This document shows positions 1 through 13,323 of a stretch of DNA of 64,000 nucleotides, piece after piece (position 1 is the stretch's first letter; each line of letters begins with the position of its first letter). The notes below the pieces were generated by a model, which searched no databases, had not been told where the DNA came from, and worked only from the letters and a program-made list of their open reading frames with translations. The translations under genes and the position numbers were made by a program. The stretch comes from Rhizophagus irregularis (Eukaryota), in NCBI RefSeq assembly GCF_026210795.1, contig NC_089429.1, positions 434,001 through 498,000 on the forward strand, in the 5' to 3' direction.

Positions 1-2219
1 AATTTAGGAGGAAGGTATACTCAAAAACTTTCAAGGCCAACATCAGATAAAATGACGATGAAGGGAAGCAAGAAGCAAGGGTGTAAGTGGCAGATAAATA
101 TAACGCGACCGTCAAATTCATCAATAGTAACTGTAACACAATTTCATTCTGAGCACAATCACAAAATTTCTACCGAAACTTTGCAATTTGCTCCTACTTA
201 TAGAACTTTTCCTGAAGAAATAATGGATCAAATTGAGTTTTATGTTATACATGATAGATGTGACGCGTCAATAGTTAGAAATCTTTTGCAACCCAAGTAT
301 CCTGACCATGTATTCCTTATTCAAGATCTTGGAAATGCTATCCAAAAGATTAAATGGGAAAATGGAATAAGCCTGGACGATGCAGCTTTTTTATTATTGA
401 AGCTTTTTGATTTACAAGCTAATAATCCTGCGTGGTTTGTAAAGCTATTATTAGATGATACAAGTAATCGTCTGATCAGTATTTTCTGGATGTTACCAGA
501 GCAACGCGAAAGATGGATCAAGTTTTATGATATCATCATTCACGATAATACCGCAAAGACCAACAAGTATAATTATCCGTTAAGTCTTTTCATTTTAATC
601 GATAACTACAACAAGAGTAGATTAGCTGCTCAGGCGTTCTTGCAAGATGAAAGACAGGAATCGTACGAATGGCTACTTCGATGCTGTCTTGAAGCGTGTA
701 AAATTTCTCTATTAACCTTTGTTACTGATGGAGATTCTGCGATGATTGCAGCTGTTTCCACAGTATTTCCTGAAGCCCATCATATGCAATGTCTATTTCA
801 TCTTTATCAGAACCTTCCAAAAAACCTTCGTTCATGTTTAGGTTCGTCACTTTATCAAGAATTTCTTAAAGATTTTAGGGCAGTTCAACGTTCCCACTGT
901 GAAAAAGTATTTGAGCAAAGATCTCAAAATCTAGTTGAAAAATATGCTGCAGAAGAAAGATATATATCTACAGTACTATTAAATCGAAAGCATACCTGGG
1001 TAAAATGCTTTACATCACATCATTTTACAGCAGGAACACAATCTACATAGCGTGTTGAATCAGAAAATGCATTAATTAAAAAAGCTATACAGTCAAGCTT
1101 TTTTCTCTTGCAAGCTCAGGAAGCTATTGAGAATCGGCTTGAATTTGAATCTATTAATACGCGTTATTCTATTTGGAAAACTTCAACATTACAATATACA
1201 CAGTCACTTATCATTCAAACGTTTTTTAGTGGCATTGACAGCATTATGAAGAAGTATCTTACTCAGCCTATTCATGATGCACATTATAAACAGATGTGCC
1301 AATCTGTGTGTTATTTCATGCATCAAGTATCAATTGCAGAAGCTCTAACATTGGATGATGATTCATTTAAGCCAATCTTTGATGGAGAAGACTCTGCTGA
1401 AACTTTTGCCGAAATAGATGAAGATAGGGAACTGGACTTGCAATCACTAATGGCAATGGTTAATATTGATGATATCATTGAGATATGGAAGATTTCTAGA
1501 TATAATTATCCAAAGACCTACCAATTCGTGATTCTTCTTAGTACTGGTGAGCATTTATGTACTTGTTTTATGCTCATCACTCATGGTATTGTGTGTCGGC
1601 ATTTTTTTAAAGTATTTGTTAAATCATCCAAAGCACGTTTTCATTTAACATTGATACCTTGCCGTTGGTATAAAGATGAATATATTAGTTTAAGTGAGGG
1701 TTATTTTAATGAAAAGGTTATAGGCAACAGAAATTTTAATTATAGTAGCACCTTTGAATTTACCAGAAAGTATACTATAAATGATCTTTCAGAAGAATAC
1801 TCCAAACAAATAACGCGAAAACAACTGAAATATGGCATTTTAATGGGTGAAGCAAAAAAAGCCATTCAGTTTGCAATTTGTGATGATGATGAAGAATTAA
1901 TCAAACTTATAAAGGAGTATAATAAAAGGAAAAAAACTCAATACATTCAGGCGGAATCAGTTAAGCAACAAAGAGCTTTAGCAAATTGATTAGCAGAAAA
2001 TGACAATCAAGTTATTTGTAGGCCAAATGGAGTACTAATTGAATCTAATCAAGTTTTAGATTCATTAAAACATCAACCAAAGGGAAGACCACCTGGAAAA
2101 CGTTTTAAATCATCCACTGAATTGAAAAGTAAAAGTAAAAGTGAAGCAACTGATGGGGTCGCAAGTGTAGTTTATGTGGAGGAAATGAACATTATCGTAG
2201 CACTTGTCCTTCAAAGTAG
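1..2219 (+). pseudogene. MULE/FAR1-type transposase pseudogene (MULE DDE domain, SWIM finger, C-terminal CCHC knuckle), cut off by the window start
   Basis: Motifs HDNTAKTNKY, FVTDGD, HMQCLFH and SWIM CTC..GIVCRH. ORFs 52-1050 and 1108-1989 share a frame, broken by TAG (1048-1050) and TGA (1987-1989). A frameshift near 2155 precedes CSLCGGNEHYRSTC, with stop at 2217-2219. Confidence 0.9.
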
Positions 2220-2564
2220 TCATTTTATGTACAACAATAAAGTGATTTTTAACTCTTGAAATTATTGTATTTGTAAGATAAATGTTCTGTACTGTTAGCA
2301 TTATGACTTACACGAATATCTAGATTAAAGATTTTAGATTCACCACGCAAAGCATCATGCGAAACATCACGAAACATCACATAATACAAATGAAATAACA
2401 CAAACATGAATGGCAAATAGCACGTATGACACAAATAACAAAATAAAAAATTAAAAGGCACAGTGCAGGAATTGAACTGCACGTCTTTAAGATAAAATAA
2501 AATTATTTGCTTTTACAATTAATGTTTTTATTTAATTTTATTTGTATATTATAATAATTATATA

Positions 2565-2622
2565 TATCACGTGACAGGGTGAGGAATAATTAGTCTTACC
2601 CGGGGTGAGGAATAAATTCACC
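2565..2622 (+). mobile_element. Probable right terminus (TIR) of the MULE element
   Basis: GC-richer block with two copies of GGGTGAGGAATAA (2577-2589, 2603-2615) ending ...AATTCACC, downstream of the transposase. The partner TIR would lie outside the window. Confidence 0.5.
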
Positions 2623-3329
2623 TTTATTTTTATTATTTAAATTTACAATACATGTATAACAAATCGTTTTATAATAAATTTTTAATATTTATCTTACGAT
2701 CTATTTACAATTTCCATTTTATAATTAATTTTACAACGGTTTGCTACTATATATTTTTGTAATCAATCTTACTACATATCAATAAATTAATATCAAATTT
2801 TGTAATAAAAGCATATTGTACGATGTCCCTACAAACCCAATAACAAGTATCTTATCATAGTTTGTATACAATTTATTGTGACAATAATTTTACAATACAT
2901 TTATAAAATTTTAGGTTGTTAGCAAAAAATACTACGAAATTGGATACTAAATTTTATAAGAAATTTCAAAAAGATTTTTTGAAACTATTAAAAAAAGATT
3001 AATAAACATTTTTTTTGTAGTACGAATTAGTGCTTATTTTGAAATCTAATAATTGTTGTACTAAAAGCAGTCTAAAAGCGCTATTAAGTCATTGTTGTTG
3101 GGATTCAAGTTATTTGTGCTATTCGCATTTAAAGGTTGAACAGATTGAGCAGGTTGAGGCTGCTGAGACTGTTGATTCAGTACTGTTGCAGTTATTATTA
3201 TTTTACTATATAAAGGAATTAATTTTGAAATTAGATATTAAACTTCAAAAAGTAAGTTTTGTAAATTTTGAAACTTTTTAGTTTTTTTTATTAACCACTA
3301 CTATACATTTTATCAGGAAAGTTTATGGG

Positions 3330-3840
3330 ATGTAAAATTGCAGAAATCTGCAAAATTAGCAGATCTCTGCTTTTTTTTGTTATTTTTTTGTGCATTTCTG
3401 CAAAATTCTGCAAATTTTACAACTTCACAGATAATTGAATATTTTTATTTATAAAATTAGCAATTTTGCAAAATTTTATTTAACAGGAAATTTAAAACAA
3501 ACCAGTCTTGTATAAAAGTTCTGCAAAATAGCAAATCTTTACTTTTTGTCTTTTTTTTTGCAAAATTCTGCAAAATTCTTTAACTTTAATAATTATACAC
3601 TAGTTCAAATAGTTCAAATCGGCCAAAGTTCAGCCAGCTGATTTTAAGCTAATTTGTGATTCTAATGCTAGTTGAACTTTAGCCAATTTTTTGGCTGCAA
3701 TTTACTACTATTTACCTAAAATTCAGCTTGGAATTTTAACCAAAGTTTAGCTTACTAATCAGTCTATTTTAATCAAAATTATATAGGAAATTTTGGCCAA
3801 ATTATGGCTGAAATCTGGCTAAAATCAACTGAATAGTTTT
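3330..3840. repeat. Degenerate repeat relics (reiterated CTGCAAAATT and GGCCAAA/CAGC motifs), probably non-autonomous TE remnants
   Basis: Many short motif copies in both orientations and no ORF. Similar motifs occur at 63350-63750. Confidence 0.4.
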
Positions 3841-4972
3841 CTGAATATTACTTCATTTACAGTATGTTGCAGCTTGAATCAAATTCATACTATATTTCAG
3901 TTTACATTTATTACTAATATATATTTAGCTATAACTCATTTTATTTGAAATCTGCAATAAAATCACAACTTTATAAATGCATATTACAAATTTTATATTA
4001 CTAATTTTTATTTTTTATTATTTTTAAAAACTTACAATATAGAAAAATAGAATACTATAAAAGAATAAATTAAATGTTCATAAAAAAGTAAAAAAAAAAA
4101 CATGATAATAAATAAAATACAGTACATTTACCAATCCAAATCACTAGAAATTGTCTAAAATTGCCTAAAAAAGAAAAAAATGATTATTATAATATTTGTT
4201 AAAAGATAAAAAGTCAAACATTAGCATTATTTTGCTAAAATTTGGAATTTACAATTAATATTGATTAGATATTACAATAATATTATATGATATATTGTAA
4301 TATTTTAATAAAAAATTGATTTGATATTATTAAGTAGTTGTAACTGTATTTATTTAATATTGATTAGTTCAATATCTCTGTAATATTGCTGTAATCATTA
4401 TGTGATGTAGATACTATCACATAAACATATTGTAGTGATATTATATTAACATTGAATTAATATTACAAAAATGTTTTACATTTATTTAATATTAAATTAT
4501 ATCATAGTAATATCATATAACATTGAATTAACATTGCAAAAAATGTTTTACATTTATTTGATATTGTAATTGCATCATAATGATACCATATTAATATTGA
4601 ATTAATATCACAAAAATATTTTTATTGTAATATATATTTATTATTTATTATACATTAATAATAATAATACAATTTTATAATGAACATTTGCACATTTGCA
4701 AGTAGGTGGGTGGAATATGTTTCCTTTTTTTATTCTTTTCTTTTTGTATATGATATGTTATTTTCAATTTTAAAATTATATATAAAAAAATAATATGTAC
4801 TTTTTGTAAAATATAAAATTTAATACATAACCTTGGGATAATAGGTAATCTCTGGGATTTTGTAAAGAATAATAAAAATGATAATATTTTTAAGTTAGTT
4901 CTTTAAATTAGCTCTATTTATATGTCAATAACAAAGCTGAATTTTACCTTTGGCAAGTGAGTGATATGTCCA

Positions 4973-5106
4973 TATTTGTGTCCAATCTTTATCTGTTTTA
5001 TTTCAGTTCTAATACCATTATTACATTTTCCATTATGTTTTAAAAGTAAGCAAGCTAAGGAAATCCAGCTCCATCAACTTCAGTATTTATAACATATAAT
5101 TCAAAG
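4973..5106 (-). pseudogene. Decayed MULE-like transposase fragment interrupted by a MITE
   Basis: Minus-strand translation with frameshifts gives FELYVINTEVDGAGFP / LACLLLKHNGKCNNGIRTEI / TDKDWTQI. This resembles the MULE GxGFPLAY and TDKD motifs (recognised from motif memory, not searched). Confidence 0.55.
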
Positions 5107-5372
5107 TAGTGTTACGATCCGGATGAATCCGTCATCCGTTCAATCCGGTCCGAAAATAAACGGATGATCCAGATGAAAATCCGGATTTAATCCGGATGAG
5201 AAAGTTATATGTACAATCCGGATGATTCAGATCCAATCCGTTAAAACATAGAGTAACGGATGACGGATTGATCCGGATGAGCAAAAAACGGATTCATGGA
5301 TGATCCGGATGAGTTTCAAATCGGATAAATCCGCAGATTGACGAATTGACGGATTAACGGATCGCAACACTA
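5107..5372. mobile_element. hAT-type MITE, 266 bp
   Basis: TIRs TAGTGTTACGATCCG / CGGATCGCAACACTA (14/15 match), perfect 8-bp TSD ATTCAAAG (5099-5106, 5373-5380), many internal ATCCG/CGGAT repeats. Confidence 0.92.
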
Positions 5373-6353
5373 ATTCAAAGTCCATTATCTATACAATATG
5401 TAAGATAACAAAAAAATTATTTAACTTGTATATAGGTTATATGTCATCTATAGATTTCCTTTCGCAAATTGTAGGCCTAAAAGTTTCCTTGATATAAGGT
5501 AATGTGGCTTCCTGCTATAGGATACCTTTGGAGCATATGAAATGCACGAGTCAACTGCAAAGGGTCTGCAGAATAAAGTAAAAAATTATGCGAAAAAATT
5601 ATTGTAAAAAAAAATTATTTGAAACTTTGGGATAAATATTATTTATTAAAATATTTTAGTGTTGAATGGGTTCACATAAAGAGTATTATTTAAGGAATGA
5701 AAATCGGGTATCAGAAAAAAATTACTAATGATCGACACCTAAATCATATATACTCGCATTCATAGATGATTGTTTGAACAAAGTATCAAGTTGAAATCTT
5801 TATTTTATGATCAAAAATAATTTGTCTACCAAGTAATGTACACGGTACATCTTGAAATGACCTCTTTTGCCAGATTATAAGTTGGATAACATGTAAACTC
5901 AAACTACAGCTCTTGCCCTCGCTTATATAAAAGGTGTCTTTAGTTTTTTGATTAGAATTTTGATTCATTGTGTATCAAAGAATCCAGTACTATTATTTCC
6001 AAACGATATATTATAATCACGAAATATTACATAAAAAAGAATATTTGCTATCTCAAAGATTTCTTCTTTTCGCTTGTGACAATCCAAAGGATATTACAAC
6101 TTGCGTTTCAAATTCTCTATTTGCTATATAATCTATTTATTTTAAGAGTTTTTTTTTTAAAAAAAAAAAAGCTTTGCAATCAGAAACTCTCTGATCGTTA
6201 TGGTAAAGACTAATCCTGTTTTAGGATCATAGATCGGTGGGATCGGCCTAAAGTTTAAAATATCTGAATTCAAAGTCAACTTTATATAATTTTTTTTGAA
6301 TTTTTTTCGATCGTTTAGGCTGTCCGATTAACATCCATCTCTATACTAATTAA

Positions 6354-7515
6354 TTAAAATTGACCCGAATACCATACAAATGAATCATCCACACTATAAA
6401 AGTAATTAATTAGAGTAATATGATATTCGATTTTTCTATCAATAGATAAATGTGGATGAGAAAAAAAATTTCTGTTTTGTATTAACTTTCTAAATAATCC
6501 GCCTAAAGTTCTATGTACAAATTCAATTATTATATTAGAAGCCAATTTACTGTTTGATCCTGCCTTAAGAGTCAAAGCACCTATATAAGCCTCAATAAGA
6601 TCACTGTCACGTTTATCAATATATCCTAAAAAAAGGAAAGATAAAAAAAAGGGTTATTGTTAAAAAAATATATATATACTTTATAAATTTAATATATACT
6701 GTACCTATAAGTCCAGCCTGAGTACTTAATCCAAGAAATCTGGCAAGAAATGCAAGTGTAATGTTTGACTTTAAACAAGAACATATAGAATCAAGATCAT
6801 CAGAAGTTAAGTAATAACTTAAAGAAAATTTATAAACATAATTCATAATTTCTGTATTTAATGATGCATCTCCTAACCATGATAATAAAGAATTATTTTC
6901 TTCGATATTATTTGTTGGATTAAAAGTAGGTAAATCTTGGTAAAGCTTTTGTTGTTTTCTTCGTAATGGGCTTAATTTATAATATTTGATCCATCCAAAT
7001 TTAATCCCTATTGGATCTTTAAATTTTTCTTCAAAATTACTATATATTTTTGGTGTTAAAACATTTGATAATAATTGTCTATCTTCCAATGATATTAAGG
7101 ATGAAGGATGTGGAAAATAACTTGTTTTCATTAAAGTTTGTGGGTATTCGATTAAAGGATGTGTAAATTGTGATTCATACTAAAAAAAAATATTATGTAT
7201 AAAGTATATATTATATTATATTGATTTCAAATTTAATATATTCAAAGATAAATAAATATATTATTTAAAAAAAATTACCATAGAACCAAATATTGTATAA
7301 CCAAAAATATATCCAACTTGCCAAACATATTGATTAACAGCTTTCCTTGCAGTAGAAATATCAATAAATGTTATTTTAAAATAACACCCATTTAAACCAG
7401 TTTTTTTTTCACAGTTTACAATATCTGCAAAATGAGAAAACTCAGTAGATACCATATCTTCAGTAGTTTCCTGTGTAAACCCTCCAATATAAGCAGAGCA
7501 CGATGGTGGTGACAT
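6354..7515 (-). CDS. RRM-like domain + single RNase III (Mini-III-like) domain protein, about 327 aa, 3 exons (7515-7279, 7179-6705, 6625-6354)
   Basis: Two GT-AG introns join three ORFs in frame. Exon 1 has RNP2-like AYIGGF and RNP1-like GCYFKITF. RNase III motifs are NSLLSWLGDASL, SNITLAFLARFLGL and SDLIEAYIGAL. Confidence 0.8.
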
Positions 7516-8193
7516 GATAGGTTAAAAAGAAAAGTAAAAAATGAAGAAAAAATAAATTTCTAAAAAATGGAATATAGAAATGGTAAATAATCCAAATGAT
7601 CCAAATTGATACTTGAATTGATATTTGATTGTAGAGATGAAAATTCTATCTCTGATCTTTTATGAGCAATAACTTTTTAATATGATTTTTTTGTGATCGC
7701 GTAACTCCTGATCTAAAATTCTATATACTAATATCGTGACATTCCTCTAAGTTACACAATTTACACAATTATCGTATATTTATTTAATTTTTTACTATAT
7801 AATCTATATATATAAGTCTAACAAACCTTTTAGAAAAAAAAACCCAAAAAATTGCATATCTCAATTACTCAATCCCATTCATATAAATTTTATATTGGGA
7901 TTAGATTATGTAAGTCTATATTATAACTTTTTTTATATGAATAAAAATGAAAAAAAGAATTTATTGTTGTATCCTCATTTTTTGAAATCTCAAAAACTTC
8001 CGTAGAATATTAAAATAAGTATTACATAAATAAATTACTAAATTAATTAAGTCTGCTAAAAACTATAATACAAAATCATAGATAAATTTATTGTATACTA
8101 GTATACTAAGTATTTTAATGAATAATTCTATACATATTTCTACTAAGAAATCATTTTCTGGAAATTAAAAATTAAAAAATATATAATAAACTC

Positions 8194-9898
8194 TTAAATT
8201 AAAAACCATATCCAACAACCTAAATAAATTATAAATGCGATTAAAGCAATATCGCCAACTTCTTTAGCAATCATTTTCCAATATTGAGAAGTAAATATTG
8301 TCCATTTCCTTTTTTGATGATACCTATGCCATATTGGCAACATCTCACTATTCCTTCTTAATTTAAGAAATGCTTGTGAAAAAATACAAAATATTGTGGC
8401 GATAAACAATATTATATACCAAATGTATATTCGAATTTGATTTGGTAATAAACATTGAGAATAAGCGAAAGTAGTAAAGTTTGTTTCTGTTGAATTATCA
8501 TTTGAGGGGTTATAGAGACTTAAAAGTAAAAATCCCGGTCTGTTAACTCCCTATAAATTTATTAAAAACATTAATATAATCATTTTAAATAAAAGTTATT
8601 TATCATTAAATAATTACCATTGCAAAACTGAAAGTGTTTACTGTAATTTCAGGAATTTCACCATGTAGAATTTCACAATAATCATGATCATCTCCACTTA
8701 ATATTAATGATGGTTTTATATTATCCATAATATCATTAGATAAAGATTCGACTATTAAATTTTGATATTGGTGACCGGCACCCTGATTAATAGAATGTCC
8801 TTTTTGTCGAAGCGGTCCACAATCGGTGTTTGGAGGACGGTATAAAGGAACATGCGTCAGTAATATGCGAGGAAAAGAATTTGTTGTATCTAAAAAAAAT
8901 CAAAAAGATCTGTTAATATATCAATTATAAATATTATAAATTTTATTGAAATCTAAAAATAATTTCACCATTATTGAGTCTCTGCATCAACTTTTTCGCG
9001 TCCTTTTTCAAATTATTGTTAGAACCGCTCAAAGCTATTGTGTCTAAAGCTATAATTGAATGATTACCAAGCTTTGTCATATAGCTGAATGCCCCAAATA
9101 CTTTTCGAAATCTGTAAAACGCTTCCGGAATTATATGTTCCCCAAATCCAATATCATGATTTCCCGCCAAATAAAAAGTTGGAGTTTTTATTGGTTTTTC
9201 GGGTATGAAGAGATGTCGAAATCTGTGAAGTTCTTCGTCCCATCTAACAAAAACAAAAAATATACATATATATATTTTTAGTTAAAATCGATTTATAACG
9301 AAGGATAATATTAATCAATTCTCACTTATTATCATCCAATTCTCTTCCCCCATCCATTAAATCACCAAGAAATATTATCGCATCAGGATCAAATATATGT
9401 TGTAAATTTATCCAATTCTTTCTCATATACATGTCGGGATATATTTCAGATATTTTCTGAAGAATACCTGTTCGACCATAGGAATAATCATCAATAATCT
9501 GTGGGTCTGCAATTATTGCAACATGAACAGGTTCTGTTGCTGTGGTATTCTAATAATAAATTTTAATTAAATAATTTTTTAAGAAATAGCATAAGGTATT
9601 ATTAAATGGACTAATTTATACTTACCCAACTTTCATGTTCCGGCCAAGAACATTTTTGCATTGAATACGAAAAAATAAAGACTTCTCCTATTAACAAAGC
9701 AAATGTCCATATTATTTTAAAGGTAAAAGCTGGCGATCGACTATGAATACGTCTTTGATTACGTTTAGCAGGATTCAATAGTTTTTGAGTTATTTTTGAT
9801 ATAACATGAAATGGAAAAAGAAAAATCGCTAATATATTATTGGCGCAAGATCTAGCTATTGAAGAAGTTGACGGTTGTGTTTGGGATGACTGTTGCAT
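8194..9898 (-). CDS. CDC1: CDC1/MPPE1-family metallophosphoesterase (GPI remodelling), multi-exon
   Basis: Motifs IADPQIID, FLGDLMDGG, AGNHDIGFG, LLTHVPL and SGDDHDYC, with N- and C-terminal TM segments. Confidence 0.85.
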
Positions 9899-10229
9899 AA
9901 TAATAAAAATATAACGCGAGAGAAAGAAGAGAAAAAAAAAGCTAATCTTGCTAAAGGAAAGTAAAGTAATAAAAAAAGAGGAAAATATTAAATTAATTAG
10001 TTAACTATTTTGAGATTTTTTACAGTAAAGTTCTAAAGTTCCATTGTTTTTCGTTACACTAAAATCTCCGAACACAATCGAACACAATGTATTATGTACA
10101 TAATGTACATATAGTCGGACATTAGATCAGAATCGGAATAGTATTTTCTTCATTAAAATCATTTTCAATTCTTTCTTTAAATTTTCCATTTATTTTCTAG
10201 AACAGTCTCTTCCATAGCGTTTCAGTATC

Positions 10230-11163
10230 ATGTCTAACGCAACTTCCATAACACTTAAACCTTCTACAAGCAATAAGTTTTCATCATTAAAGCGTCCAAC
10301 TCATGAGATTCTTCGCAGATTATTAGTTCATTCTGATGGCCGTGATAAATTTCTAAAAATTATTCAATATTTTGGAAAAATTATTCTTTGGACTCATATT
10401 GGTAAAAATAAATCAAAATATCCTAAACTCTATCCTCGTTTAATCGCGATGACTTCACAATTCTCCAATACTCGCAAAATAATTCGTTTAGCACATTTTC
10501 TTGAGCCATATTCTGATTTAAATGATTATGTAACAGGAGCACGTAATCCATCTTCTATTGTTCGTCCTTATGAAAAATTTGTTTATTATTTGGGTTTTAT
10601 TAATTCCATTACTAGTATATTGAACGATTTCTTTGATGATTTATATTGTCTTGGTAAAGTTGGAATATTAGACAAATCTGTAGCCAAAAGAGCTGAACCT
10701 ATTGCTATTAAATTATGGTTTCTAAACATTATAATGGATATTCATGAAGTTATATTTAGAATTTGGTATTTAAATGAACAAACTAAAAAATCAAAAGGAA
10801 AATTGTCAGAAAATGATATAGAAAAGTTGAAAGATAAAAAGTATTGGTTATATGCTAGTTTAGTTAAGCTTTCTATGGATTTTAGTTTTTGTGGTAAGTA
10901 AATTTTTTTTTTTAAAAAAAAGAGACAAATTATTTTATTGATGAATTTATTTATTATTATTTTTTTTAATAAAGGATATGATCTATTTGAATGTACTTTT
11001 TCTGATGGAGTACAAGCTGTAACGGGTTTTGTAGCGGGAATGTTGAGTAGGTATCAATTCTCGCATCTTTGGAGTTAACACAACTTTAATTTAACAATCG
11101 TTTTATTTTTCATTTAATCTAGGTTTCCGTAAACTCTGGGTGAAAGAGGCATATATAATTTGA
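10230..11163 (+). CDS. Peroxisomal biogenesis factor 11 family protein, 3 exons
   Basis: DGRDKFLKIIQY, SNTRKIIRL and DDLYCLGKVG Pex11 motifs. Introns start near 10894 and 11047. Confidence 0.85.
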
Positions 11164-11351
11164 AAAACGATTATTTATTAATTATCATTTTTATAGAAAA
11201 TTTCTTAAAAAGAACAATATATTTAAATTTATTCAACAAACAAATTTATTTATTTATTTTAATAAAAACATAGACATTAATTACGAATCTGATGTATTGG
11301 TGTTATACTAGTTTGATGACTCTATACAGTACAACTCAAAGTAATTTTCTT

Positions 11352-13323
11352 TCAGGCTTGAGGAACTCTGTGAAAAATACGATTCATAATTTCTCTCCAT
11401 ATAATTTGGTTTTCTCCTCCTACACCTCTAAGAATAGCAGAATTTTCTTGAACTCTTCTTATTAAATACGGTATGACTTCGTTGATCTATAAAAAGTAAA
11501 GAATAGAGTTATTTATAAGAAAATTAACCGGGAATAAGTAAGGTAAAAATTATATTATATTAACCTTGCCATAAGGTACATATTTATAAACTCCGTATCC
11601 ATATTTTCCTAGAGTATAGGTGATTTGATCACGCATACCTTAAATCAAAAAACAATCATTAGTTAATTATTTGATTAAAAAAAGTTCTAATTTGAATGTT
11701 GCAAGAATACCTAATATTTGACCAAACAAAACTAAACCGGATTTGGATGAAATATCAAGATTATTCATCTGTTTACAAGCCATTATTACAGATTCCTTAT
11801 TATGAGAAGCAATCATAAATGCTATTGGACTGTTTGAAATGTCCAATTGTTTATTTGATCTCTTCTGAATTTGAGATAATTCATTCAATAAAAATTTCAC
11901 GGCGTGATTATAAGATTCATTAGTATCCTCAAAAGTGTTGTGAATTGGATCGGGATATCCTAATTTTTCAGCTCTTTCACGTTCATAAAACATATAAGCT
12001 CCACGTACTAATTTTACCGCAAATACAAATTGTTCAAGACTCGATAAATTATAATTTTTAATTAATCTATCATTCGAATCTTTTAAATACATTTGAAAGG
12101 TATTAAAAATAATTGGACCATTCTTATTGTCAGGTTTGTTATAACTTTTTGATAACTTTATAGCTACATGATCTATAGCAGGTTGAAAATGTACCTGTTC
12201 CGCATCTATAATCAAACGAACGTTCTTTATTTGAGCAACTTCACAAAGTTTTTTAAGTCGACTCATCATTTTATCATAATCTTCAAAATCTTCTTGACTC
12301 AAATAAAGATCATTATTATTAATCAACAAGGGTCTAACATTTAAATTATCTATAGATAATGCGTTAATAAATTCAAATTTATTGATTAAACCATCTTTAT
12401 TTTTATCAACATCTTCAAATAATGATTTAGCAACATTTTCCTTATCGTCACCAAATAATTCACGAATAAGCTGAAAGAAATCTGATTTTTCTAATTTATC
12501 ATCTTTATCTAAATCAAACTTATCAAATGAATTGGATAAAGTATTTAAAGTTGAAGTCCAATTTTCCAAAACTGTTGGATTAGTTAAACCTGTCAATTTT
12601 AATGCAACAAAACCATTTGGTTGTACCGCAACTTTTTCTATACAATCAACCATCGAATCTGTCACATTGTCGGCTTCTTTGTTTGATAAATCACGAATAG
12701 ATTTTGTCTCAAGATTCTCATTAATATCTGCTTCAACTGATAAAGCGAGAATTAATTTAATACCGCGTTTATCTAATTTAGTCATGAAATTTATGCATTG
12801 TTCGGCTGTTTCTCCGCTGTTAATTCATGATATAAACGGTCAGAACTGATCAATAATCTTTATATTGTATAAAAAAAAAAATTAATACTATATCATACCC
12901 ACAAAAATGAGTAAAAAAAGTTTTTCTTAATATCCAGTAAGCAGGAGTTGAAAGATTTGCTTTTTCAGCAAATCTTAATAAACTTGGAGCACGATTCACT
13001 AACCATTGAGAGGAACATAATTTATAAACGATCAGTGAACGAAACAATTCTTTAATTGATTTATCTTGCACTGAAATCCTACTATCCTCGGAAATATCAT
13101 CGATAAATGAAGTAAAATCAACACTATTCGAATTTGAAATGATGGGAGAAGTCTTTGTAATTAGTGTTCTTTTAGGAAAATCGTAAGATACCTTAGAATT
13201 AATAGAATTAAAACGCGAGATTCCTAATATTAATCTTTGCTTAAATACAAAATTCGTATTTGTTCGTAATTTTGTTTTACTAATTCTATAAAAATTTCGA
13301 AAAAAATGGAATTGATTGTACAT
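11352..13323 (-). CDS. PUT1: Mitochondrial proline dehydrogenase with an EF-hand insertion, 4 exons
   Basis: Arg/Lys-rich presequence, HFCGGE, ALKLTGL, IIDAEQ, VKLVRGAY, IASHN, YKYVPYG and YLIRR. Confidence 0.92.

Noticed and set aside
1048..1050. In-frame TAG as readthrough or an alternative genetic code
   Set aside because: The element has other lesions and host genes use standard stops, so this is a pseudogene.
5107..5372. Repeated ATCCGGAT motifs as a CRISPR-like array
   Set aside because: The units are short and irregular and bounded by TIRs and a TSD, so this is a MITE.
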